A stretch of DNA of 64,000 nt from Azolla caroliniana (Eukaryota > Plantae > Polypodiophyta): positions 8,680,001 through 8,744,000 of the forward strand of contig JBHGNT010000012.1 in the NCBI GenBank assembly GCA_043228905.1. The letters run 5' to 3'. The notes under the pieces are model-generated. The model saw only the letters and a list, made by a program, of their open reading frames with translations, searched no databases and was not told the DNA's origin. This document shows, in pieces, positions 1 to 11,349 of the stretch (the stretch's first letter is position 1; every line of letters starts with the position of its first letter). Position numbers and translations under genes: made by a program.

Positions 1-1516
1 TCTCTTTAGACCAAATGAATGATTGTCCCTTCCTGGTGAGCTGTGTGAGAGGCAACACAATTTTTGAGTAATTTTGTATGAACTTCCGGTAGAAATTTGC
101 AAAGCCTAGGAAGCATTGCACATCCCGCACCGAACGCGGAGTGTGCCATTCTATCACCGTTTTGACCTTGGCTGGGTCCATAGATATGCCTTCTGAGGAG
201 ATGACATAGCCGAGAAACTCCACTTGGTTGCACCCGAAACTACATTTCTCTAACTTTGCATACAGACCATGTTCTCGAAGTCGTTTTAGTACTAATAGTA
301 CATGAGAATCATGTTCTTCTTGGGTCTTTGAATAAACCAGTAGATCATCCAAATAGATGATCAAAAAATCATCCAAGAGGTCTCGAAATATATCATTCGC
401 CATGTGCTGGAAGACTGCCGGCGCATTAGTGAGTCCGAACGGCATGACCGTATACTCGAAGTGCCCATATCTGGTGCGAAACGCGGTCTTCCATTCATCT
501 CCTGGTCGGATCCGTACGAGGTTATAGGCTCCTCGTAAGTCGATCTTCGTGAAGAACCTGGCACCGTTGATCCGTTCTAAAAGACTTGAGATAAGGGGAA
601 GAGCATACCTATTTCTTACTGTGACCTTATTCAAGCCACGGTAATCTACAACGAGTCGAAGCGAGCCATCTTTTTTCTTGACGAAGAAAATGGGTGCGCC
701 GGCTGGAGATTTCGAATGCCGAATGAAACCGTTCTCCAAATTCTCCTCTATATAGGCTCGAAGGACTTCTAGCTCGGTTGGTGACAAATTGTAGATCGGC
801 CCCCATGGCGGCTCTTTTCCCGGTTGTAAGTCGATGGCGCAGTCGTACGGCCGATGATGAGGAAGTGTGTTGGCTTGTACTTTATCGAACACATCAGCAT
901 ACTGACGATACTTCTCGGGAAGTTGAACGGTGGACTCCTCTTTGGTGGTGCTGGAGGGGTGTACTGATATTGCAAAGAGAAACATTTCCTCCTTGCGCCC
1001 TTCCTCACGCAACTGACGTAGCGAAATGGTTGCAACCTTCTGGGTAGATCCTTGGGTTTGTCGCAACCGGATTTCCCTTGTCCTCCAATCTATGTCTGGG
1101 TCATGTAACTCGAACCATGGTAATCCTAAAACTATGGGATGTTCTGGAATACTAATAATATTAAATGATACTACACATGTTAAGTTATCTAGGACAATAT
1201 TAACGGGTTCCGACTCTTCTATGATATTACCAGAAGCAATGGGACGACCATCAATGACTACTACTGAGGCTGGACATGGGAGCTTTCTTAGAGATATCTG
1301 ATGAGCTCGGGCAAAATTCCTATCCATGAAGCAAGAATTAGCTCCGGAATCTAGAAGGGCTAAGGTATGTACTGGAGGGGTACTTTTAGTACTAACTGCT
1401 ACTTGGACTACGAACACATCACTAACTTGCTTAGAGGGAATGGAACCACTAATGGGCTGCACAGATCTAGGGCTGTCCAACCAAACGGCTCCTATTTTGG
1501 CTGGACTTAGTCGTTT
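1..1516 (-). CDS. pol: Pol (aspartic protease + reverse transcriptase), partial, in the -1 frame relative to gag
   Basis: Hand translation gives LALLDSGA (~1340-1363), [26 protein letters not shown] (YLDD 355-344) and VRDVQCFLGFANFYRKFI. All three fall in one frame that reaches the window edge. Confidence 0.9.
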
Positions 1517-1519
1517 AAC
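1468..1519 (-). promoter_or_regulatory. Candidate -1 ribosomal frameshift signal (G TTA AAC + stem-loop/pseudoknot)
   Basis: GTTAAAC at 1519-1513, a 6-nt spacer containing the gag stop, then an 11-bp stem GTCCAGCCAAA (1506-1496) / TTTGGTTGGAC (1485-1475). Confidence 0.7.
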
Positions 1520-2676
1520 TCTTCTTCTAATTGGCTAAGGACATCAAATTTGTTTGCGAGATTCGGACTATTAGTACTATTAGGACTATTATGACTATGA
1601 GGATTATCAGAGATTCCTACTGACATAGACTCGGGTTTAGTATAGTCAGAACTAACAATGACTTGGTTTACCTGCCTTCTTGGTCTATGGGGACAGTTTA
1701 TCGCGATATGCCCTGGTCCACCGCAATAAAGGCATAATCGGTTTGTTCGGCGTCGTTGCTTTTCCTCCTCCGATAGCGGCCCACGACGACGTGTAGTGTC
1801 AATTTCCATTGGAGTTGGAGTACTTACTGGAGGCGCATTATGTGACTCCCTTTGAAAAGGTTTCGCTACCATTGAGGCATAGGTAGGCTCGGATCTTGCC
1901 CTCGGCATCTGAAATTGTCGTTCCGAACGTCGCTCGAAGAGGCGGTTGTCACATCTGACCGCTCGACTGATTGCTTCTGTTAATGATTTTGGCTCTTCAG
2001 GGAAAGTCAAGAGTAAATCCTTGACATCGTTGCGTAGACCATAGCGGAACTGCTCCATCAATGCTTGATCATCCCAGGGGATATCGGCGGCGAGTAGGCG
2101 GAAATCTGCAGCATATGCGGAGGCTGGACGGTCACCTTGGCGTAATCGCCGGATTTTGTTGATTGCAGTCCTTATGCTGTCAGTATCTCCAAAACATGCT
2201 TTAAACTCACTTATGAATTCTTCAAAATTATTTAGTACTGGAGATTCCTTTTCTAGTAGCGGTGCGAACCATGCTAATGCTGAGCCAGTTAACAACGTGC
2301 CTACTAAACCCACTCGTGATGCATCGGTGGGATATCGGGACGGATGCATTTGAATAACTAACCGTACCTGGTTAAGAAACCCTCTAAACTGCGATCGCGT
2401 TCCATCGAACTTCGTGGGAAGGCCAATCTTGGGTTCTTTATGAATCCCTTGTGCTCCGTGCCCTTGTTGTTGCATTGCTACGATGGTTGCTTCGAGTTGT
2501 TGCACGCGTAACGCAAGTTCCCCATGCTGTTGTTGCGTTTGCTGCTTTTCTAAGGAAATTTGCTGAAGATCCCCCAACAAGCGTTGATTTTCTTGTTCCA
2601 AAGCATGAAACTTCTCTTTCAAGCATTGAAATTCCGAGAAAACGGATTGATACTCTTCAGCGCTAACGGTGGCCAT
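1507..2676 (-). CDS. gag: Retrotransposon Gag (coiled coil, capsid, CCHC zinc knuckle), 389 aa
   Basis: ORF track. Motifs LRQGDRPASAYAADF, FRYGLRNDVKD, PTPMEID and zinc knuckle CLYCGGPGHIAINC. Confidence 0.93.
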   Translation of the reverse strand: MATVSAEEYQSVFSEFQCLKEKFHALEQENQRLLGDLQQISLEKQQTQQQHGELALRVQQLEATIVAMQQQGHGAQGIHKEPKIGLPTKFDGTRSQFRGFLNQVRLVIQMHPSRYPTDASRVGLVGTLLTGSALAWFAPLLEKESPVLNNFEEFISEFKACFGDTDSIRTAINKIRRLRQGDRPASAYAADFRLLAADIPWDDQALMEQFRYGLRNDVKDLLLTFPEEPKSLTEAISRAVRCDNRLFERRSERQFQMPRARSEPTYASMVAKPFQRESHNAPPVSTPTPMEIDTTRRRGPLSEEEKQRRRTNRLCLYCGGPGHIAINCPHRPRRQVNQVIVSSDYTKPESMSVGISDNPHSHNSPNSTNSPNLANKFDVLSQLEEELND

Positions 2677-2766
2677 GGGATGAAGGAAAAGGGAAATAAG
2701 AGACTAGTAGGAAAGGAGAGAGACAGAAGGAAGAGGGAGACTAGTAGGAGGAAAATCGGTTCAAAC

Positions 2767-3221
2767 TGTCAGGAACTCTATTAAGGCAGAGAAGGAATTA
2801 GTACTAAAAGAAGGATTAGTACTATTGTTGGGGAATAGTACTAAGACAGAGAAGGATTAGTACTATGAGAGGTGTCGAACTTTGAGAGAAGGAATGAGTG
2901 AGTGAGAGAGAGAGAGAGAGAGAGAGAATGATGATGCGAAAGATATATGTATTATATGACGGAAGATATACAACAGTAGTTAGAAGGCTTAAGACTGGCG
3001 TTGAACCGATTTGGTTCGAACTAATGCCTTGCGCCTCCTTTTATAGTGTCTTCAGGAATACTCCTGAAGTTTCTAGAATGTTCCAGAGAAATCTGGAATA
3101 TACATCAATTTCCTAATAAAACCTAAATGAAAATAATATCCTTCAAATTACAACTCATAACCTAATGGTAAAGTCTCGACCCGTGTAACAAAAGGTTATG
3201 GGTTCGAGTCTAGTTATGACA
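2767..3221 (-). repeat. 5' LTR (455 bp) of the chromovirus
   Basis: TGTCA...TGACA termini. TATAAAA on the - strand at 3045-3039. A homologous decayed copy lies at ~13740-14129. Confidence 0.85.
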
Positions 3222-4007
3222 GAACCGTCGCCGGTACTAGGACCAGACGGGGACCAGGCCAGGGTTAGTCAGCCAGAGACAACTCCGACAGAGGAACCAA
3301 CGAAGGAAACGCCGGTGCCAGAGCAACAAACGGAGCCACAGCCCCAAACGAAGAAGGCACAAACGGAGCAACCATAGCCACAAACGGAACAGCAACCACA
3401 ACAGCAGCAACCACAACAACAACAACAGATTCCCAACGAGCCATTGGAAATTTTGGAGCAAAGCATTATGGACATTTTGGACGAAGCGTAAAAGGGCCGG
3501 ATAGTGGGTTCGACGTACAAGGTACTGTCCCACGGGCGTGCCATGTGTTATCGGCTGGCAAGAAGGCTTAAGGAGGTCCAAACCAGAGTGGGAAAAGGAA
3601 TAGTTTATTCGGGAACTGTTGTAATTAGTAGTCTTAAAATATATAGTAATATATGAGTAGATGTGGACGGATGGACCGGAATCGGTATGCCGATCCGGAT
3701 CCGGACCGAATCCGAAAAGGTGCCGGTTGGCACCGTTTTGTATTTCACATCGGGGACCTATATAAAGGCCCGGTTACAATGTAATCGAGAGCGGATAATT
3801 AATAGAGCTTATTGTCTTAATCTTCCAGTTTTGATTACCGTTCTGTATTCATTGTTATATCTTACGCGTGTTAATTACGAATTGCTAAGTAACCAATTAA
3901 GGTCTAATTAAACGTTGTGCCATAAGTCATTCTGCCGTACCACCCTTTGGTGAAGTGTCTTAAGTGGACACCATGTGTTAGGCTGTTGTCCGACCCTAGG
4001 ATTAACA
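3222..4007 (+). mobile_element. 3' end of another LTR element (Gln/Pro-rich decayed ORF, purine tract, LTR ~3617-4007) inserted in copia RT
   Basis: TGTTGTAAT...ATTAACA ends and a TATATAAAG near 3759. The copia RT frame (KGFNQKKG) breaks at 4007. Confidence 0.5.
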
Positions 4008-6240
4008 CCCTTTTTCTGGTTGAACCCCTTCATAACCAGTCTTGCCTTGTATCTTGGTTGTGAGCAATGTTCCTCGGTCTTTAGCTTGTAAACCCATTTG
4101 TTTTTCAGTGCTCTCTTTCCCTTAGGCAACTTTACCAGATCATAAGTATGATTGTCTTGCAAAGACCTCATCTCATCATTCAATGCTTCAAGCCATTCCT
4201 CCTTATGATCATTTGTCATAGCTTCTCTAAAGGTTTTTGACTCTCCTCCATTTGAAAGCATCACATATTCATGTGGGTTGTATATGGTAGAAGGTCGTCT
4301 TTATCTCATAGACCTCATAACCTCTCCGGAGGAGCTGCTGAAATTTCATCAAACTAGTCACCTAGAGTATGATGATCGTGATTTTGCCCATCATCATCAT
4401 CGGCTGCATCATCAGCCGTATCATCATACTCCTCCGTATCTCCCCCACGACGTTGGGTGTCTGGGGCAAGTGTTCAGTATTTGGTGATTGAAAAGTTAGG
4501 GCTGAACTTTGGCATCTCATTCGTCTTCAGATCTTGCAAGGTCTGATCCTCAAGGAATACCACATCCCTACTTCTAATGACCTTCTTATCTATTGGGTCA
4601 TAAAGTCTATAGCCGAATTCCTCGTGGCCATATCCTAAAAATGTGCATGGTTTGCACTTTTCATCAAGCTTGGATCTTTCATCTTTCGAGATGTGGACAT
4701 AAGCCTTGCAACCAAACACTCTTAAGTGTTTGTATGACACATCCTTACCTGTCTACACCCTCTCGGGTACATCACCATCCAAAGGGACTGATGGGGACAA
4801 ATTTATGAGATCAACGATAATCCTTATTGTTTCACCCCAAAACGTTTTAGGCAATTTTGAGTGGGATAACATACATCTTATGCGCTCACAAATTGTCCTA
4901 TTCATCCTCTCAACCACACCATTGTGCTGAGGTGTTTTGGGAACACTCCTCTCAAGCCTAATACCATGCTCATGACAATATTGTTCAAATTGTCCTCGGT
5001 ACTCACCCCCGTTATCCGCACGGATACATTTAAGTTTTCTCCATGTTTCCCTTTCCACACTTACATGGAAGCATCTTATCCGCTCACAAATTGTCCTATT
5101 CATCCTCTCAACCACACCATTGTGCTGAGGTGTTTTGGGAACACTCCTCTCAAGCCTAATACCATGCTCACGACAATATTGTTCAAATTGTCCTCGGTAC
5201 TCACCCCCGTTATGCGCATGAATACATTTAAGTTTTCTCCCTGTTTCCCTTTCCACACTTACATGGAAGTTTTTAAAGATCTCAAAGACTTTATCTTTAG
5301 TTTTCAATGCGAAGCACCACAACTTCCTTGAGACATCATCAATAAATGTGGAAAAGTACAATGCTCCCCCTATAGTCTTATCTTTCATATAGCACAAGTC
5401 AGTTTGCACCAATTCTAGTGGTTGAGTTTTTCTTTTGGGGGCCAAATGCTGAAAAGCGACTCTGTGTTGTCTATCAGCCAAGCAATCAACACACATCTCC
5501 AAATGCATACCTTTTATGTCCGGCAAGATGTTCTTCCTTGCTAGAACATCGAGTCCCTTTTGACTTATGTGCCCAAGTCTCTTGACATGCCATAGCTCAA
5601 TCGAGGCATCCTTGTTGACTACATTTACCTCTCCGCTAGGCACAACAACATGCAATACATAGAGGGAATTTTGTTTTAGAAATTTTGCTAATACTAGTGA
5701 GCCTTTGATGAGCTTCCATTTCCCTTCACCAAAGGAATTCGTGTAAGCTTCATCATTTAGCTTACCGGCTGAAATAATATTCAGCCGAATGTTCGGTACA
5801 TGCCTAACATCTTTTAATACTAGTTTGCAACCCATGTCCGTGGTCAAAATTATGTTTCCTATGCCAACAACCTTTGTCACGCCGTGGTTGCCAGCTGAAA
5901 TAATATTCAGACGAATGTCCGGTACATGCCTACCATCTTTTAATACTAGTTTGCAACCCATGTTCGTGGTCAGAATTATGTTTCCTATACCAAAGTCACC
6001 ACCACCATATGACGAGAACATCCCCCGATATGGGGTAATGTGGTACAAGGCTCGCGAATCGATAATCCTATCGGTTTGTTGGCATGCTAAACTAACCCAA
6101 GCATCATCACACGCAATGATAATATCACCATCACATGTGACTGTTGTGGAATCATTTTTCTTGTTGTCAGTAGTTCCACTCTTTTGGTCCCTCTTTTTCT
6201 TTCTACAATCTCTTTCAACGTGGTTTGGACCACCATACTA
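4008..6240 (-). mobile_element. Decayed Ty1/copia element A (gag knuckle remnant, GAG-pre-integrase, integrase, start of RT)
   Basis: Motifs LWHVKRLGHIS, TFIDDVSRKLW, DNGGEY...PKTPQHNGVVERMNRT, HLRVFGCKAYVH and NKWVYKLK...RYKARLV. INT precedes RT. Frameshifts and stops present. Confidence 0.9.
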
Positions 6241-6584
6241 ATGACTTGTGAAGTCTTTCTTAGAGTTTTTCCTATTTCTAGATTTAGGCCTCCCCTTAGA
6301 GTTTTTCCTATTATATTGTGGGCCCCGAGTATGGCTTCTTCCTCTATTTGAGGCTTTTTCTGAGATGAAGGCTTTGTGCTCATAGTTGGACCATGTTCCT
6401 TTCGTTGTGCTTCTTCATGTAGAAGATTCGACTTAGGCACATCCAATGTTAGCTCTTTTTGTTGCGTTGTAGTCTCAAGCATCACCACAAGGGTTTCGAG
6501 CTCGATCAACTCTCTATGAGTCAACTCCTCAACTGTCGGCTCTCTCCAAGCAGTCAGCTCCTCCCATTGGAGGGACATATTCCT

Positions 6585-6769
6585 AACACTTACAACCTTG
6601 TTCGAATTCATCCTGGGGATGAATGGAAGACTGCTTTCCGTACTTGCTATGGCCATTTTGAGTATACAGTGATGCCATTTGGTCTCACGAATGCACAAGT
6701 AGTTTTCCAACACATGGCGAATGACATTTTTCGAGATTTCCTCGATATATTCGTCATAGTTTACTTGGA
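6585..6769 (+). pseudogene. Chromovirus RT fragment cut at YLD by a copia LTR
   Basis: [60 protein letters not shown], very similar to the RT near position 350-510. Confidence 0.85.
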
Positions 6770-7317
6770 TGTGAGAAGAACAACGCGGAATATTGCTCAA
6801 CCACAACCGAGTCTTGGATCACTTCAATGAGAATGAAACACAGAAATGGGAAATAGAGAGTGAACGCACGTACACACACACAAGCAATAGAGAGTACTCA
6901 GGATGTTTACGTGGAACCCTAATAGGGAAAAGCCACGGGAGTCCATAGACTCCGAATTATCACTATATGAGAAAGGTACAATCAGAAACTCAGAGGCAAC
7001 GACCTCGAGCTCTGTTTCTTCGTCGAGCGGCGGTTACAACAAACTATCGCTCTGTGTCTCCTCTCTCTCCCTCTCTCTCTCTTTGTCACTCGCTCTATAC
7101 AATAGTTATACATACAACAATATGACAAAGTTCTACATAAAGTGATTGCCCTAAGTCATATTTATACTTATATGAACTTAGGGCTATTTACAAATATGTC
7201 TTCTCTCTTCCGGTTCTCACCGGGTCCATCTGATCCGGTTTTCGGATCTCTTCTGGTTCTTACCGGGTCCTCTTCATTCATAACCAGATCCCATCCGGAG
7301 GAACCGGCTTCCCAACA
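6770..7317 (-). repeat. 3' LTR (548 bp) of copia element B
   Basis: On the - strand it reads TGTTGGG...CTCACA and is immediately preceded by the PPT GAAGGGGGAGAT (7329-7318). Confidence 0.8.
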
Positions 7318-10300
7318 ATCTCCCCCTTCACTTCAGGATGGGATGTCTCATTAGCCCAATCCGTTTTCGGCACGCGTCCAGCTTGTCGGTCGTCAACACC
7401 TTGGTCGGCATATCTGACCCGTTCTCCTTTGTGTGGATCTTCATCAGCATGAACTCTTGATCTTCTACTCTCTCCCGAATCCAATGGTACCTTTGTTGGA
7501 TATGTTTCTTCCGGGAATGGTAGGCCACGTTCTTTGCAAGGTGGATGGCACTTTGACTATCGCAGTAGAGCCGGTATTCCTCCTGTTGGATCCCTAACTC
7601 TCCGATGAAGTCCTTCATCCAGATTATCTCCTTGCCGGCTTTCCACAACTGCCATGTACTCCACCTCCGTGGTTGACAATGCAACCGTCTTCTGCAGCCT
7701 CGACTGCCACGAAACAGCTCCCCTTGCATAAGTCATGACATATCAAAATGTAGACCGGTTGGTATCCGCATCGGCCGACATATCCAAATCCGTGAATCCG
7801 TCAAGTTGGGGATTACCGGAGCCAAACTGGAGGCACATACTCGAGTTGCCTTTCAGATACCAGAGTATCCACTTGACCTTGTTCCAGTGCTCTTTTCCGG
7901 GATTGCTCATGAACCGGCTCACCACTCCGACCGCATATCTGATATCCGTCCGGGTACATACCATCACGTACATCAAGCTTCCGACAGCAGAGGCATATGG
8001 TATCTTCATCATATCCGTCTTCTCTGCCTTTGCCCTCAGGCTTTGTTTTCTGGATAGCTTGCAGTTTGCCGGAAGTGTCGATCCGACTGGTTTTGACTCC
8101 AACATGTTGAATCGTTGAAACACCTTTGCCACGTACTTCCCCTGTGACAACCACAACAACTTCTTCGACCGGTCCCGGATGATGTGCATTCCCAATAACT
8201 GTCTTGCCGGACCCAAGTCTTTCATTGAGAAGGTCTGGTTTAGAGCCTTCTTCAGCATCCGAATCTTGCCTTGGTCTCGTCCAATTTTCAACATATCATC
8301 CACATATAGGAGAAGTATCAGGAAAGAGCTATTCTTAAAAAGAAGAGGGGGAGATGGATAGGGATTTGAAGAAGAGAAGATTTATGTTTCCTCTCTCATA
8401 CTCTTAACCCTAAAGGGGGATAATAAAAAATTATGTATCAAAATAAGTCCATTATATGGATGATTTAGTAATAAAAACTCTCTTAATTTAAGTTTTGCTT
8501 ACATATAGATATAATTTAGTGCTATTCATACGCTCTTACTCATAAGCATAATTAATCATTATTCGATCTTGCATACTTTCTTACTCGAAGATTTGTTTAT
8601 GCATTAATATAATTAGGTATTATTCAATTTCTCATACTATCTTACTCTTATTTGAGGGAAATATCTCGTCTCAAAACTTAAAGTGCATAAATCATTCAGC
8701 CCTAAATCCTTCTGGTCCAGAACCCCGGCGGTTCCGCCTCACGATCTACACTAGCTGGCGGATTTTCATGACAACGCAATGATCGGCATGTGTCTTGTGT
8801 TACCCTTGGTCGGTCATGAAGGAGTCGAACTTCCGGTACCATTGCCGGGGAGCTTGCTTCCGTCTGTATAAGGTCTTCTTCAGCCGGCACACCAGGTGCT
8901 CCTCCCTTTTCTTCTCAAATCCTTCCAGTTGATGCATGTAGATCTCCTCTTTGAGGTCACCATGGATGAATGTTGTCTTGACGTCCAATTGCTCTACCTC
9001 GAGGTCCATGCTTGCCGTTATGCCCAATACCGTCCGGATGGATGTTATCTTTACTATCGAGGCAAAGATCTCATCGAAGTCCAGTCCTTTCTTCAGTTGG
9101 AAGCCCTTCACCACAATCCGGGCTTTGTACCTTGGTGGATTTCCGACATCTCCCTATTTCAATTTGTACACCCACTTGTTCCGGAGTGCTCTCTTCCCTT
9201 TCGGCAACTCCGTCAGTTCATACATGTGGTTCTCATGCAGGGAATCCATCTCGTCCTGCATGGCACTTAACCACTTGCGGTCGTGGGTGTCTCTCTTTGC
9301 TTCTTCGAAGCTTTCCGGCTCCCCCACATCTGTTAGCAACACATGATCTACATCTGGAAATCTCTTGGGGGCTCTTCTCTCTCGGTGAGGATATCTCCAT
9401 CTGGTTTCTGACTACCAGTTCCTTCGTTTGTTCTGAATCCGAATCCGATTCGGGATCTTGTCCGGTTCTGGTGTCTTCTTCTTCTTCTTCTTCTTCGTTC
9501 GGTTCGTCGAGTGTCATTCGGTTGCCGGCCAGCATCCGGTTTTCAACCGGGTAGGTCCTTGTGTCCTCAAATCGGTTTTCATTGGATGATCCGGAGTTCA
9601 TCATCTTCTTCTCCGACTCCCAGATGACAATGGTCATGTCTTCCATGAAGACTATGTCTTGACTCTGGAACACCTTCTTGTCGACCAGATCCCACACCCG
9701 ATAACCGAACTCATCATCGCCGTATCCAAGGAATATGCATGGCCTGGACTTCAGATCCAGCTTTGCTCTCTTGTCCTTTGCAACATGCACATATGCGAGA
9801 CACCCCAACACCTTCAGATGCAGGTAAGACACGTTCTTACCAGTCCATACTCTTTGTGGTGTGTTTCCGTCCAAGGGTATTGAGGGTGACCAATTTATCA
9901 CGTAAGTCGCCATCGTCAGCGCCTTAGCCCAAAACTTCTTGGGTAACTTGGCATGCGCTAGCATGCTGTGAACTCTCTCCATTATGGTCTGGTTCATCCA
10001 TTCGGCCAACCCGTTTAGTTCCGGCGTCTTTGGCACGGTAAATTCAAGCCGGATTCCCTTCGACCGGTAGTACTCCTCGAACTGTACCCCGATTCTCCTC
10101 CGTTGTCCGCTTGAACCGCCTTTAGCTTCCAACCGGATTCTCTTTCCACTCTCGCGTGGAGTTCCTTGAAGACAGATAGCACCTGATCCTTCTTCTTCAA
10201 CGGTGAGACCCACAACTTCCGGCTATGGTCATCTATGAATGTCATGAAGTACTGCGATCCGGCATGTGACTTCGTGTCCACTTGACACACATCGGTATGC

Positions 10301-11320
10301 ACCAGCTCCAGTGGTGCATTCTGTCTCATCGGTGGTCTTGACCGGAAGGAGGTTCGGTTTTGCTTGCCAGCTAGGCATTCAGTGCACTTCTCAAGTTGCA
10401 CGTTCTTCACCGGAATGAGATTATCTTCAGCAAGTCTCTTCATCCCCTTCTGGCTCATATGACACATTCTCTTGTGCCACAACTCACCGGTAGTGTTGGA
10501 TGCTACGTTCACTTCTTCTCGGCGTATCCAGGCATTCATCAAGTACAATGTGTTGACCTTCCGGGCTCGAGCCACTATTAGGATCCCTTTGCTGAACTTC
10601 ATGACTCCGTTCCGGATGCTACCCGTGTAGCCTTCATCATCTAGCCGACCGGCTGATATCAGGTTCAGTCGAACCTCCGGAACGTGTCAAACATCCTTCA
10701 GCATCAACTTGCATCCGGTTGATGTCGTCAACAACACATCTCCTATGCCGACAATTCGACATGTACCTTCATTCCCCATCCGGACACAACCATGATCTCC
10801 GGTTGTGTAGGATGAGAAGCATTTCCGATCCAGTGTCAGGTGGAACGACGCTTTGGAATTGACAACCCATGTTGTCTCGTCGCCGACAAGGTTTAACTCA
10901 TTCTCCTAAGTAATGAGCATCAATTCTTCTTCATTTGTCTCTATTGTTGACGTTCCTTTCCGATTCGGGCCTCTCCGGTCAAAACTCTTCTTCGAATCGG
11001 TAGTGCCGGTTTCTTTCTCTTTCCGGAAATGCCGATAGTTCTTCTGGAAGTGCCCCAGTTTTCCATAGTAGAAGCAAGTAGGCCTCCCCCTTGACTTCGA
11101 CCTCATCCCCAATTTGTGCCGGTTTTGGGGACTCTGATACCGGCCCCTTCCCCGGTTGTGGTCATCTTCGGTAACCAAGGCCTTCAGATCGGCTCCAGAC
11201 TCCCGATCCTTCAGGCGAGCTTCTTCATCTAGCAAGCTTGATTTTACCCTTGCTAGGGACAACTGTTTTCCTTCTAGCCTGGTGTTGCCCAACGTGACAA
11301 CTAACGTCTCCAAGCTATCT
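6770..11320 (-). mobile_element. Decayed Ty1/copia element B (gag-PR-INT-RT-RH-PPT-LTR), 5'-truncated, with a ~0.44-kb insertion at ~8325-8760
   Basis: Motifs TCFYYGKLGHFQKNY, LWHKRMCHMS, HTDVC, FIDDHSRK, VEQLDVKTTFIHGDL, YVDDML, PYASAVGSLMY and YCDSQSAIHLAKN. Multiple frameshifts. Confidence 0.92.
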
Positions 11321-11349
11321 AGGATAGAAAAAATAAAAAAATAAAAAAA

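Larger units (their letters stand above)
1..3221 (-). mobile_element. Ty3/gypsy LTR retrotransposon (chromovirus, Tcn1/Tf1-sushi-like), 5' half; runs off the window start
   Basis: Order on the - strand is LTR 3221-2767, PBS-position sequence 2766-2753, gag 2676-1507, then pol in the -1 frame (protease, RT). Gag motif PTKFDGTRSQFRGFLNQVRLVIQMHPSRY is Tcn1/PEG10-like. Confidence 0.93.

Noticed and set aside
1507-2676. Domesticated PEG10/RTL1-like host gene
   Set aside because: It has an LTR, a PBS-position sequence and an intact RT, so it is an ordinary retrotransposon.
3152-3221. Functional tRNA gene
   Set aside because: No proper acceptor or anticodon stems. Reported only as a tRNA-like module; the same applies to 17436-17623 and 25550-25740.
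3269-3544. Cys-rich ORF (CCCCCGCCCCGCC) resembling a metallothionein
   Set aside because: It is the antisense reading of a CAA/CAG-rich low-complexity stretch inside a TE.
6087-6806. 239-aa minus-strand ORF as a gene
   Set aside because: It is a chimeric reading across copia gag, LTR-like DNA and the antisense of a gypsy RT fragment.
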